Shown piece by piece: positions 52,326 through 63,513 of a DNA stretch of 64,000 bases; within the stretch, counting starts at the first letter, position 1; each line of letters starts with the position of its first letter. The position numbers were made by a program, and so were the translations under genes. The notes under the pieces are model-generated. The model was not told the DNA's origin. It ran no database searches and worked only from the letters and a program-made list of their open reading frames with translations. The DNA is from Phoronis australis (lineage: Eukaryota > Animalia > Phoronida): NCBI GenBank assembly GCA_002633005.1, contig NMRA01000132.1, positions 372,001 through 436,000 on the forward strand, read 5' to 3'.

Positions 52326-54032
52326 AGGAGAATGCCACCCAAAAACCAACCGATTTTGTATCAATTTAGATTGAGTAGTTCTACTCGATAACGGCACGTT
52401 CGGTTGCGTTACCTGACACCTGACGGCAGACGGAGGTGTTGAAATTATCCAATGACGTCATTGGTTTCACGCAGAGTCTGTTGAGCAGTTCACAACACGG
52501 TTTACTGGTGTCAGCTTAACGCTTGAATTCATCGTTTTACACCAACAAACAATCAAACTTCGATGTAAAACCCTTAAAAACACACCGATCTCTTATAAAA
52601 GCGTGCTGTTTTATTTCGCTGTTACGGATTTATTGGCATTTGGACACACCGTAGCCTACAAAGTTCGGCAGGCCAATTTAGCAAGGTCCGTAGCTGGAGC
52701 TTGGGGTCTGTTCGGAGATAAATTCGAAGTATTCTTCCGTGAAATACCGACAGGAGCACCTAGATCTGTGTTATTTAGACATGTAATTTTTTTAGTTCTG
52801 AACACACAGAATGCTTATCCCGGCCAGTGGTTTGGAACACGATCAGGCCCGTCGCGGCGGGACTGACTCGTTATCCCGGCCAGTGGCTCGGAACCCGATC
52901 AGACCCGTCGCGGCCGGCGGGACTGGCACGAACATAAACCAACTTGAGTTGGAAACTACACCTCCAATCACGAAAAGACTATAATAGTGAGCCAAAGAAA
53001 TAATGTGCGCGTAATAATATGTGAATTAGCCACGAAACTGAAAATCTATCTACTTGTCGGGGGCCGCGAAGTCGGGTTCCCCTTCCACAGACCGTCAGGG
53101 CAAGGGTTGTACAGTAACAATGATTGGAATAATGTATTTGTATTTCTAAATAATGATTCCCCTAACATGCGACCATAGCATATAAAATCGAGCAATTGTT
53201 TCACAACAGCTTTCTGTCAGCAAACACTGAATTAGCATGCGCTCACATGGCCTCGGTGCCCGGTCAATTACCTTTATTACCGGCATCAAAACCCAGTAAC
53301 GCAATGGCCATTGCTGGCTTCTCAACATTTGCACTCACGAATACAGCAAAGGCATTACAAATTGTATTTAATGAGACAGACTTTGTTTCAGTTTTACATA
53401 AGCATTGTAGAGGGGTGGGAATAATTCATTTTGAAACAGAACGCAGAGTAAACGTCTACATGGCAACTCGCCCGGTGCCAATCCCGACTTAGTCAAGAGC
53501 TCATCCGTCGAATACTTCACGGGTCGGATCGTAAGGTTTCTCAGGCTATCAAATCGGACCGGAATACACTGATAAAGAAATACTAGAGAGGCGCTGTGAA
53601 CATGCACAGGCAACGGAACGTATGGATAGTTCTTTGGTGCGCCGGAATTCGTCAGAGAAATTATTGTCGACGAAAAGCCGGCCACAGACACGGAGATGTT
53701 TCACGGCCTCATACTAGCTATTAACAGCGTACCTTTCATTCTTCACTACGGCGAGCCACTTCCTAAGCATTTCGGGCTCTCGAGGAAGTCGAAAAAACGA
53801 TATACCCGCTTTCTTCGCAGCTTCATAATTCTGACAAGCGGAAACGATGCACCGCAACATAGCGGCATTCACTCTGCAGACGAACCACTGACGCCGCTGC
53901 GTCGTTTCTTACCTTCCTCACAGTTTAACGCGACGCCTCTCGGCAAGGTGAGGTCGACCGTACAAGAAGCGATGTGGATATAGACCGATTAAGACGGTAA
54001 AAAATATTAATTAAATCGGGTGGCATTCTCCT
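52326..54032 (-). mobile_element. Kolobok-type element, copy 2 (inverted), nested in a hAT-like MITE
   Basis: TTAA TSDs at 52322 and 54033, TIR AGGAGAATGCCACCC at both ends, colinear reverse complement of copy 1. Confidence 0.88.
53549..53860 (-). pseudogene. THAP-domain ORF of Kolobok copy 2 with one in-frame stop
   Basis: MLRCIVSACQN...FFRLPREPEMLRKWL...VNS*YEAVKHLRVCGRLFVD: C-x4-C, P, W and C-x2-(H) THAP pattern; His replaced by Leu here but present in copy 1 (CGRHF). Confidence 0.75.
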
Positions 54033-55275
54033 TTAAGCAGTTCGGGGGTGCGAATGTCTGACGAGCAAAATCCTGTCAAATACTCTGCCCTGTACCCTCC
54101 CCTAACTCAAAATCCTGGATCCGCCCCTGCATTAAGAGTGTACACGATCTTTTCCTGAAGAAGTTGGCAGTGTTTGGAACAAGCGTTCCACATTTTGAAG
54201 TCTTACTCCGTGATATTTTTGTTCATTTTATTTGACTGCAATGTGCTATTAGGCCGGTGTCCATGTATGTACTCATAATCTTTATCCAAGGCTATGTTTC
54301 TTTGTCAGTAGATGACTCCATACAAAGCACTTGTGCTGTGGACAAGAACGAAACTTAAATACTACCTTGTTCCTGTCATTTATTTCAGGTTATATAGGAC
54401 TTTAGAGAAATCTTCAATTTTGGTTAACTTTGGAGCGCCATCTCTAAGAAATGTCTGATCGGACTCGTATGAAATTTTCTGATACGCACTGTCCTCCAAA
54501 ACCGTATTAGAAAATGTTTTAAGGTTATATCAAACCTTATTTAATGGCCTCTATTCCAACTCGTATATAAAAACAAGCTTCGGCAACTAATACATATATT
54601 TTTTCTGAAATAAAAAAGATCAGGGATTATAAAAATACATTTATATTTATGTGCCATTATTATTATGATATTAACACCTTTTAAGTTGAAATTTCAGTTT
54701 TATGAAAGGTACATTCATAGCAAAATAATGCCTCGGTCGATTTTAATGAAACATTTTTTAAATGAAAACCAGCTACGTCAAAAATGCTTTTGAGAATTTT
54801 CGATTAGTCTCTTAGTTTGATTTCTATGACAAATCAACTCGCAAAGCGCAAGGCATTTTTGTAAAGAAATAGCAGTCGTATTCGTCTCTGTTACATTACG
54901 GAAAAAGTTGACCTTTATATCGAAAATCCTAAGAGCGTTTTGAGATTGATGAATAAATATTAAGTTTGAAAAGTTTCAGCGAAATCCATTGAGCCGCTGT
55001 CGAGAACCCGTGTTCCTTCAAAGCCGATTAAGTAGTGAGTGGTGAAAGTCTCATTGTCTTCGGTTAATTATTCCTGTTTTCAGTCATTATGACCTATACG
55101 TATCTTTAATTCTTAGCCATGTCCAACATTCACTCGTCAACAGAATTTGCACTGCGTAATTAACTCGATTATCACTAAAACTTTTTAAATTTGTACGTGG
55201 GGTTTCACATACCTCGTATTAACAAGGTCAAAATTCGGAGCCAGCAGTAAGTAGGCCAACAGTTTATTGTATATT

Positions 55276-55510
55276 GGAGTTGAGGGTCTGGATGTATACG
55301 ACCGTTGAGAAGGAATCCGAGACGCTGAACTGCATCTGTATTGTTCGCTAGTACAGCAAGTTGTTAAATCCTCCCCAGTATTCATTATTTAGATCGACAA
55401 TTGGAAATTTTGCTGTTTAAATCTCGTGCTCCCGACGCGCTTCTTTAAAGATGCAGTTCAGCGACTCGGATTCCTTCTCAACGGTCATATACATCCAGAC
55501 CCTCATCTCC
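55276..55510. repeat. 62-bp inverted repeat, 59/62 paired, 111-nt loop
   Basis: 55276-55337 is the reverse complement of 55449-55510 with three mismatches. Confidence 0.92.
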
Positions 55511-55600
55511 TATCCGGATAACAACTACGTTTTATATTCGTTTTCCTCGGCATCTCTCTACGCTGTGTACACCTCGTTGACTCAATATTATGTCGACTTG
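55451..55600 (+). CDS. Candidate internal exon (MQFSDSDSFSTVIYIQTLISYPDNNYVLYSFSSASLYAVYTSLTQYYVDL)
   Basis: ttctttaaag acceptor and TTG|gtgaat donor; 150 nt, phase 0 to 0; visible third-position C bias in this frame. Confidence 0.4.
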
Positions 55601-56474
55601 GTGAATGAAAGTTTGAGGTGTATAAGGAACTGGTCTATGCCTGTCGCCGGGAGTATCGCTTTGAGTGGCAGCCCTGTAACCTTTGACCTCGGAAATTGCC
55701 ACGCTGTTGAAGGCTGTTGTACTAAATCTTTTTTCTCGCTACACGATACGTATTTCGAATTTTAAGTTCCCAGAAAATGAAGATAAGGTATTTTGCTATG
55801 TAAAATATTGTAAAAAACGGCCAATTTTGTGAAGAAGGTTAAATGATTCCACGTTTACATGAGGGTCAATCAAATATGCGATTTGAATGATTTTCATAAG
55901 AAAACTGAAACAGCATGTATATCACATAAATTAGATAATGTCATTGATCCATTATTTTGCTGCCAATGTACCTTTATTTTTATTAACTTTTACTAAAAAG
56001 ACGTGGCAGATTGGCAGACGAATTAACAAATCAAATTCTACAGGCTCTCTACTTTCATAAAACATCTGTTTTTACCGACATGAGATATATAGTTTGGTAT
56101 ATATTTAGCAAAATACGAAGAATCAACTTCAGTTGGAAACAAGATCCTACATGACCTTAGTAATACAAGTAAAGGTTGTTAATTATCGCTCAACACTTCG
56201 TCAAAAGAAAGCATTAATGTAACCATACTCGGCAGCGTCTGCCTGTCAATTATTGCACGATTTGCGTCTTCATGCGCAGATGATTCACATAGGCGAACTA
56301 AAAGTTGTTTATGTCTTTGCAGTGTTAGTGCGTGGATAATTGAGTGACCTTCTGATTACCGTATCAGAATTACAGTCTTCTAGCCCTCTGTCTCGTTCAT
56401 GCTAACAAAACCAATGTCCACGAACTTGTTTTACCGGCGATGGCAGTTTTTATCATCTTTATTGTTTTGTCTAG

Positions 56475-56619
56475 GTGAGTGACGCCGTTTGCACCAATCA
56501 AACTCAAGAAAGGGTGGAGTTCCGGGCAGAGGGCTCCCTAGGTAGTGACGAGCTGTTGAAGACGGCACATTGGCACGACATTCCACGAACGCGTCTTGGT
56601 TATATCAAGACATTACAGT
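56475..56619 (+). CDS. Candidate internal exon (VSDAVCTNQTQERVEFRAEGSLGSDELLKTAHWHDIPRTRLGYIKTLQ)
   Basis: Very strong acceptor (ttttatcatctttattgttttgtctag) and gtatgg donor; only phase 0 is open, matching the preceding candidate exon; NQT sequon. Confidence 0.4.
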
Positions 56620-57111
56620 GTATGGTTTTCACGTAATAGCAGACGCAAAGACATTTTTAAAAATGCAGTCAGTTGGGGAATAAAAATAGGAACAAGTGAA
56701 AATCTCGGCACACATCCACTGATTTTGCATTCAGTTTTCACGATGGACGAATGGCTGATTGCGTGTCCATGGATGACAAATGTCGAGGAATAATATACCT
56801 CCATGTGTTAAAGGCAATCCTTCTGTTTAGACAATTTGAATGAAATGTCACCTGTGAAAATGTGGCCGCTGGATCGAGTCACAATGTAACGAGAGAAGAA
56901 ACGACGCAATTTCAAGCCGAAGATGCAGAAGTATTTTAATCAGATGTGCAGGCACTTTGCGGATATTCTTTAAATAGGAAAACAGCACACGGTTCTTTTG
57001 GTGCGTGTGTTGCGCCACCTATTGTTGTAAATATGCATAAATCTATAATGATCAGCATAAGAAGACGTAGACTACAAACCATAGCGAGACTAGGCGGCTA
57101 CGATCTCTTAT

Positions 57112-57372
57112 AATGCGCTCACCCAGGGTGAGCTCGAAATAGCCCTTCCCCCATTTGGCGAAGTGGGCAAAAAAAATCCGCCTCAGATAAACAAAAAGTC
57201 CAAAAAAGTAGAAAACGAGACAAAACTCCATTAAAAGGCAGGAACTACGAAAGTTCGGCGAATTCCCATTTCAAAGCTTTCAAAGGTCTGAACGTACCCC
57301 GTTTTTTAGCAACAGGTCCACATTCTCAAAAATTCGCCCCCCCCACACCTTTTTAGGCTGGGTGCGCACATG
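57112..57372. mobile_element. MITE of the CATGCGCGCACCCAG family; relatives at 44786-45048 (inverted) and 35041-35160 (partial)
   Basis: Imperfect TIRs, flanks cttat/cttac, shared core TTTGG(C/G)GAAGTGGGCAAAA...GAAAACGAGACAAA. Confidence 0.65.
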
Positions 57373-59789
57373 CTTACAGCTCATGATTGGCCATAGAAAT
57401 GATGTCGAGTAACCTATCAAACGAAGGAAGGTTCGCCCTTCCAGGGACACAGCTTGGTCCGCTCAGTTCAGCTGGGTCATGCTAATACTTCACCACGAGG
57501 GTACATGCGTAAATGCATGCTTAACTCGAAACCGTGGACTAATGTATCGTTGTCCAAGCAGGCACGCGTAGCGCGTGCGCAGTAGCGTGGTAGAGAAAAC
57601 TAAGTATAGTAAACTAAGCCGATTTTATATTGTTCTCCATTGGGACCCGACAGTGAAATACAGATTTCTCTTCAAATAAAAAATTGAATATTTTTTACCA
57701 ACAACATCAGTATTTCACAACGTGATCCAAAGTTGAGCATAGATGGTTCTCAGGAAAAAATAAGTTCGTGACAATCCTGAATAAGTTGGGAATGGCACAA
57801 TTCCAACCTTTTGACAATCCAGCTGATACACCTTTCAAACGCATTGGTTTTAACTTGCCTTATCGTCCCTTCCACTTAATGGGAAACGCACGTGAAATGT
57901 TTGTTTACTCTACCAAATTAGATATTCAAGATGGTAAACGAAACCATGGACTCGCGTGTTAAAGACGTTCTTTCTTCCGGTATAGCCTTTATCGGATCAG
58001 CTGATGACTAGTGGGACTTCGGATTTCATTCGTCATGGAATAAGTGGATAGCACAGGGAATCCAAATGTGCGTGTTTGCTGTTTCGAATACTTCCATGGT
58101 TTATGATTTGGTTGAAACGGGTTGTAGGAAATGACGGTAAACGTTATCATGTCCTTAGCCTAATGCTCCCTACCGACATCTTGTCAACCGTGCAAAGCCG
58201 GGTTCACTAATTAAACATACCTGATCCCTAGCCTCTTTGGCAGGGATTACGTTGGGTGTTTGCTGGAGATACAAGAGAATAATGCAAATATTGGTTGGAT
58301 ACTAAAAAGGTTGCAGTTTATATAGTTTTATGGTAATGTAGTGGGTTCAGATGATCCGATTACCAGTTTTGGCATTTTGACAGGACAAATACGAGTGAGC
58401 ACGTTTATTCCTTTACCCATCAGGCGGATTTAGTATCCGAATCATCATTTAAATGGAAAAGCTACCATCTTTCATAAAAATACAGATTCCTAGAGGAGGG
58501 AGAGATCCGGAGAGAGAGATGCAAAACGTGTAGCTTAATTGTTATCAAATCCTTCATTGTTGACCACCTATTTGTAAACTTGTCCAATTCTAAATTACGT
58601 GAATAAATGCATTTCTCGGAACAGTGATACAAATCTATTTCATTTCGCAATGTAGTTAAATTTGGAGGTTTACCGTTAAGGAGCTGCTCACATAAGTGGG
58701 ATTTGCAAAGACACGAAATTAAGTTTTGTGTCCTGGCTGGTTTCTGTTGCCAAATAGAATGGTAACTGCGTTGGTAACCATAGAGATACTGGTTCTATTT
58801 TCGACCCAATTCTCTGCAGCCATACCAAAATTTTTAACAACATTGCATTGCCACTATACGTAAAGTCAAGACTCTGGCTCCCTTTTACAGAAAGTACATG
58901 GCGGATTCAATTTGGTATTAAGTAAAAAATCAAATTCTGCAGGCTTTCTATTTTAGGAGATATGTTCTTTTACTGGACTAAATTTCATGGTTTTGTAGAC
59001 ATTTGGTTAAATATACTATCTTGTCGATAAGATCCTACGTAATCTTAACCGTGAATGACTGTAGTAAAATCTCCGAACAACGGATTTTTTATTTTATAGC
59101 TTTTTTCAAAGCTCATAACCCGAAGAAGCATATCCTATCCAACGATACTCCAACATAATCCGGTGATGCTCTCTTTTGTAGTTGGTTAAACCACTGTCAC
59201 GCTTGTGCGTGTTTGTGAATATACTGAAACTAACTGAGACATTTTCAACAGCCGCAGAGTCATATTTTAAGGTTAAATTTATACGGGTCATTTATCACTT
59301 AGGCGAAATACCGGTGCTGAAGGGACTAATATCGCTTCTAATAGAAAAGTTCATGACTAGCCTGTCTGACAATGCTCATTTTAAGAACCTCTGCAAGCCC
59401 TAGGAACTGAAATTGTGGCTTTAAAAGTATACCCATGAGCTTAGCCAAGTATAGGCACATGAGCGTACACTTGTAGCTGATGGCCACCTGGCACTTGTAT
59501 TTTGATTTTGTTTGAGTGGTGAATGGCTGCCCTGTGCGCAGGTGTACATTCGTGTAGGTATGAATTGTTGTCGACTTACCGAGCATATTAATTATACATG
59601 TTTTAGAATTACACAGCACATATAGAAAATAAATCTAACAACTTCACTTACCTTGTCAAAATAAACAAACAATGTTCTTCAGTCAATTTCTCGCCGTAGC
59701 TGACGATGTGTCTTTGTGTATTTGTCATAAATGTACCGAAATAGATGGAATCCTACGGGACTCCTATTATACGTCGTAATTAGCTAAAA

Positions 59790-61250
59790 ACAAAAACAAA
59801 CATCAAACATCAAACAAAAGTTTTTTTTCAAAACTCATAGGGCCATTGGCCCACAGTTCAACATATTAACATACAAACAGTATAATCTCGCCAATTCATC
59901 AAATACTCATAATTTCGCTGCTAATTGCCATTGCTTGTTGAATGAAGGATACTGTATACATAATCTGAACCTAAGAGTGCCTTAATGTTGATATTTCTAA
60001 TAATACATGGTGGGATAGATATTTCCCTAGGTTTGCAAGGACAGGACAATCAAATAAAAAGAGTATCTCTGTTTCAATTTCAACGGTGTTAAAAACTTTA
60101 CAAATTCTTTCTAGTCGAGGTACATTGTTTCTTCTACCTAACTCAATCATAAAATGATGCGTTGAACACCGCAAATTTGCTATTGTAAATTTTTGCTTTA
60201 AAGACAGGCTACCTCATGTTAATTCAGATTTCATTGAACGGTAAAAATTACATTTATCCGTATTTGCAAGTGAAGACGACAACAATTGAAAATTCATATC
60301 CCTAAGTCGTTGCTGCTTAAAAGAAATTAAAAAATTATTTCATCACCAACTCCTTGTTGCAACCAAACACAGCCAAACTCAGTTGTGAATAATACATTTT
60401 TACTAAGGTACACCAGTTCTTTTCACCTTTCAAATCGTATTCACGCAGCACTGTGTAACATTGTCTTGGCAACCTATCGTCATTCATTTCCAACACTTTC
60501 AAATATTCATACGTTTACTTGTATTAAAGGCAACTGGCCCAAAGAACAACAGACAAAAATTAAACAGGCATATTTGCATACAGTCAACCCAGAGTTGTAC
60601 GATTCCCGGGCCTAATGATATATTTTTGGCAGACGGCCTGAAGCGTGTAATACCTCTTGCGGAATCCCTCCTGTGATTCACGAAGTTCATTTGCCTCAGC
60701 CCAGGTGCTAAGCCAGTTCTTCAGAAGTTTGGTGAATCGTTTTCCTACTGCTGACAATGAGATATCTCTATAATTGTTCTCATCTTCAGTGTTACCCTGT
60801 TTATATATAGGAACAATTGTTGCGTCACACCAGCCCTGTGAGTAGTGACCTGTAGCGAGAATTCCATTGAAAAGCAGTTCCAATACAGGAACAATAGCTA
60901 CCCTGGTACAATTTCAAATAGTACATATATGTCACACACAAATCAAAACGTCCACATTCAACTTTTGCTATAACATTTGTTGTTTTGATATCTGTACGTG
61001 ATAACCATTTACAAAACGCAAGCTGAACACTTTCTATTTCCTTTCTGTGGGTTGTACCCCACAATTTTGCACCATAAAACAGAATAGGGACCACAACAGA
61101 GTCGGATAATTTATGTGCTATTTTTACATTTCTATTTGGTAGTATAAATAAAACTTGACTAAATTAAAGACTTCACTTGCCTGTTGGACACGTGTTTTCA
61201 ACACATCGTCCAACTCAGCCTGATGAGAAAACAATTCCTAGGCATTTATA
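59790..61250 (-). mobile_element. Degenerate non-LTR retrotransposon (RTE/RTEX-like) fragments with 3' end
   Basis: RT N-terminal motifs (IVPIYKQG...NNYRDISL...QEGFRK), post-RT PILFYGAKLWG...IESVQ, C-terminal IELGR...RLERICK...E-x-E...FLFDCP zinc-finger-like region, short (TTTGATG)n tail; many stops and frameshifts. Confidence 0.8.
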
Positions 61251-61773
61251 ATAGCAGTTAGCTAAAACTGTATCAAATCTATGACATAATGTATCTATGA
61301 CTCCTATTGCACAACTGACGATGCATGACGTATTTATAATAAAGCAACTAAAAAATTATTTTAATTTACTCCTGTAATAATAGCGACAACACTCTGTGCA
61401 CTTCGACTGTATCAGCTGGCAGTCATTCAATTTCTCTAAGCGTAATAACGCTTCTTTGGCAACAAATGTTTGAAAACAACTTGAATTTCATGATTCAGAG
61501 ATATTGGAGTACGGACATAGTCCAGGGAAACAATGCGTTCTTTTAAACCAATTCTATAAAACCTCGTGAACCTGTCTTCCGAAAATCGTATAATTATAAT
61601 AATTTTGTAGTATCATGAAAAATAACCGGGACACGTTTGAAACATGTTTTATTATTTATTATCAGTTAATTACAGGTGTTTGCCACGAAAATTGTCTCCA
61701 TGTGTTATCAGTATAGACTGCAGTCGGGATCAAGAGCCAATGTAAGCTCAGGGATGGGCAATGAGCACATTAA

Positions 61774-63237
61774 AGGAGAATGCCACCCGATTTAATTAGT
61801 CTTTTTTACTGTCTTAATCGGTCTATATCCACCTCGCATACGGTCGCCCTTACCTTGCCGAGAGGTGTCGCGTTAATCTGTGAAGAAGGTGAGAAACGAC
61901 GCATCGACGACAGTGGTTCATTTGCAGAGAGAATGCCACTATGTTGCGGTGCACCGTCCACGCCTGTGCGAACTATGCAGCTGTGAGGAAAGCGGGTACA
62001 TCTTTTTTTCGACTTCCTCGAGAGTCCGAAATGCTTAGGAAGTGGCTCGCGGTAGAGAAGAATGATAAGTACGCTGTTATTAGTAAGAATGAGGCCGTGA
62101 AACATCTCCGTGTCTGTGGCCGGCAGTCGTCGACACTGAGTCTGACGAATGCCGGCTTACCAAAGAACTATTCATACGTTCCGTTGTCTGTGCATGTTCA
62201 CGGCGTCTCTCTAGTATTTCTTGATCACTGTATTTCGTGAGTGCATATATTTTGAGAAGCCAGCAATGAATAAACCGCTGCGTCACCAGCTTTTGGATGC
62301 AATAAAGGTAATTAACCGGGCACCGAGGCCGTGTGAGCGCATTCTAATTAAGTGTTTGCTGACAGAAACCCTTGTGAAACAATAACTCGATTTTCTATAC
62401 CATGGCCAGGTGTTAGGGGAATCTTCATTTACATATACTTTTTTCAAATAATGATAGTCAATGTACAACTTCTGCTCTGACGGTTCTGTGTTCAAAGCCG
62501 GGGGAACCTGAATTCGCGGCCCCCGACGAGTAAGTAGATTTGCAGTTTCGTGGCTAATTCACCAACATAATCACGTGCACATTACTTCTTTGGCTCACTA
62601 GTATAGTATTTTTTGACTGAAAGTTTATTTTCCAACTTTGGCTGGTTTATGTTCGTGATGTCTTCAGTTCGGCCGCAACGGGCTTGATCGGGCTCCGAGC
62701 CACTGGCCGGGATAACAAGTCATTCCGGCCGCGACGGGCCTCATCGGGTTTTGAGCCACTAGCCGGGATAACCAGCGTTTTGTGTGTTCAGAACTCAAAA
62801 AGTCACAAATCTAAACAAGACAGATCTAGGTTCTCCTGTCTGTATTTCACGGTAGAATACTTCGAATTCATCTCCGAACTCACCCCAAACTCCTGCTACG
62901 GTCTTTGGTAAATTGGCCTGTCGAACTTTGTAGGTTACGGTGTGTCCAAATACCAATAAATCCGTAGTAGCAAAATAAAACAACACGTTTTTATAAGAAC
63001 TTGGTGTGTTTTTAAGGGTTTTACATCGATGTATGATGATTTGTTGGTGTTAAACGATGAATTCAAGCCAGTACACCACTAGTAACCAGTGTTGTGAACT
63101 GCTGAACAGACTGCGTGTGAAACCAATGACGTCATTGGATAATTTCAACACCTCCGTCTGCAGTCTGGTCCCGTTATCGAGTAAAACTACTCGATCTAAA
63201 CTCATACAAAATAAGCTGTTTTGGGTGGCATGCTACT
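61774..63237 (+). mobile_element. Kolobok-type element, copy 3, internally deleted; THAP remnant in ORF 61941..62240
   Basis: TTAA at 61770 and 63238, degenerate right TIR, about 230 bp shorter than copies 1 and 2; MLRCTVHACAN...FFRLPRESEMLRKWL...LRVCGR. Confidence 0.85.
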
Positions 63238-63368
63238 TTAAATGAATAACGTGTAAATGTCTGGCATGTCCAGCAACCATTTCCGTCAGAACAACTATCT
63301 GGACATTTCTGTTGTGCTTTTTTGTGGGCTGGATTCATGATTTCTCAATTGTTCATCTTATTTCAAAG

Positions 63369-63513
63369 GGCCCAAGTTCAGGTATGGAGAATGGTTATTT
63401 TGCCATGTGTTCACTTGATAATGCAGTCACGTTGGACCGCGCGTTACGTGTTGGAGACTTGGCTTCTGTTTTCAACCAGTCAGAGAATAAAACGTGTGCT
63501 TATGACCAACAGA
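63369..63513 (+). CDS. Candidate internal exon (GPSSGMENGYFAMCSLDNAVTLDRALRVGDLASVFNQSENKTCAYDQQ)
   Basis: tcttatttcaaag acceptor, two sequons (NQS, NKT) and two Cys; donor gtccgt is weak, so the end is uncertain. Confidence 0.25.

Larger units (their letters stand above)
52257..54129. mobile_element. hAT-like MITE split by Kolobok copy 2
   Basis: Halves 52257-52325 and 54033-54129 rejoin into the 44584-type MITE; 5-bp TSD catta. Confidence 0.8.

Noticed and set aside
57986-58394. Stop-to-Trp recoding by A-to-I editing in the stop-containing candidate exons
   Set aside because: I found no complementary arm near these stops; decay or wrong exon choice is simpler.
50643-63513. Repeated exon-size pattern (151/145 nt twice) suggesting an internal domain repeat or mutually exclusive exon array
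   Set aside because: The equal-sized segments show no convincing DNA or protein similarity.
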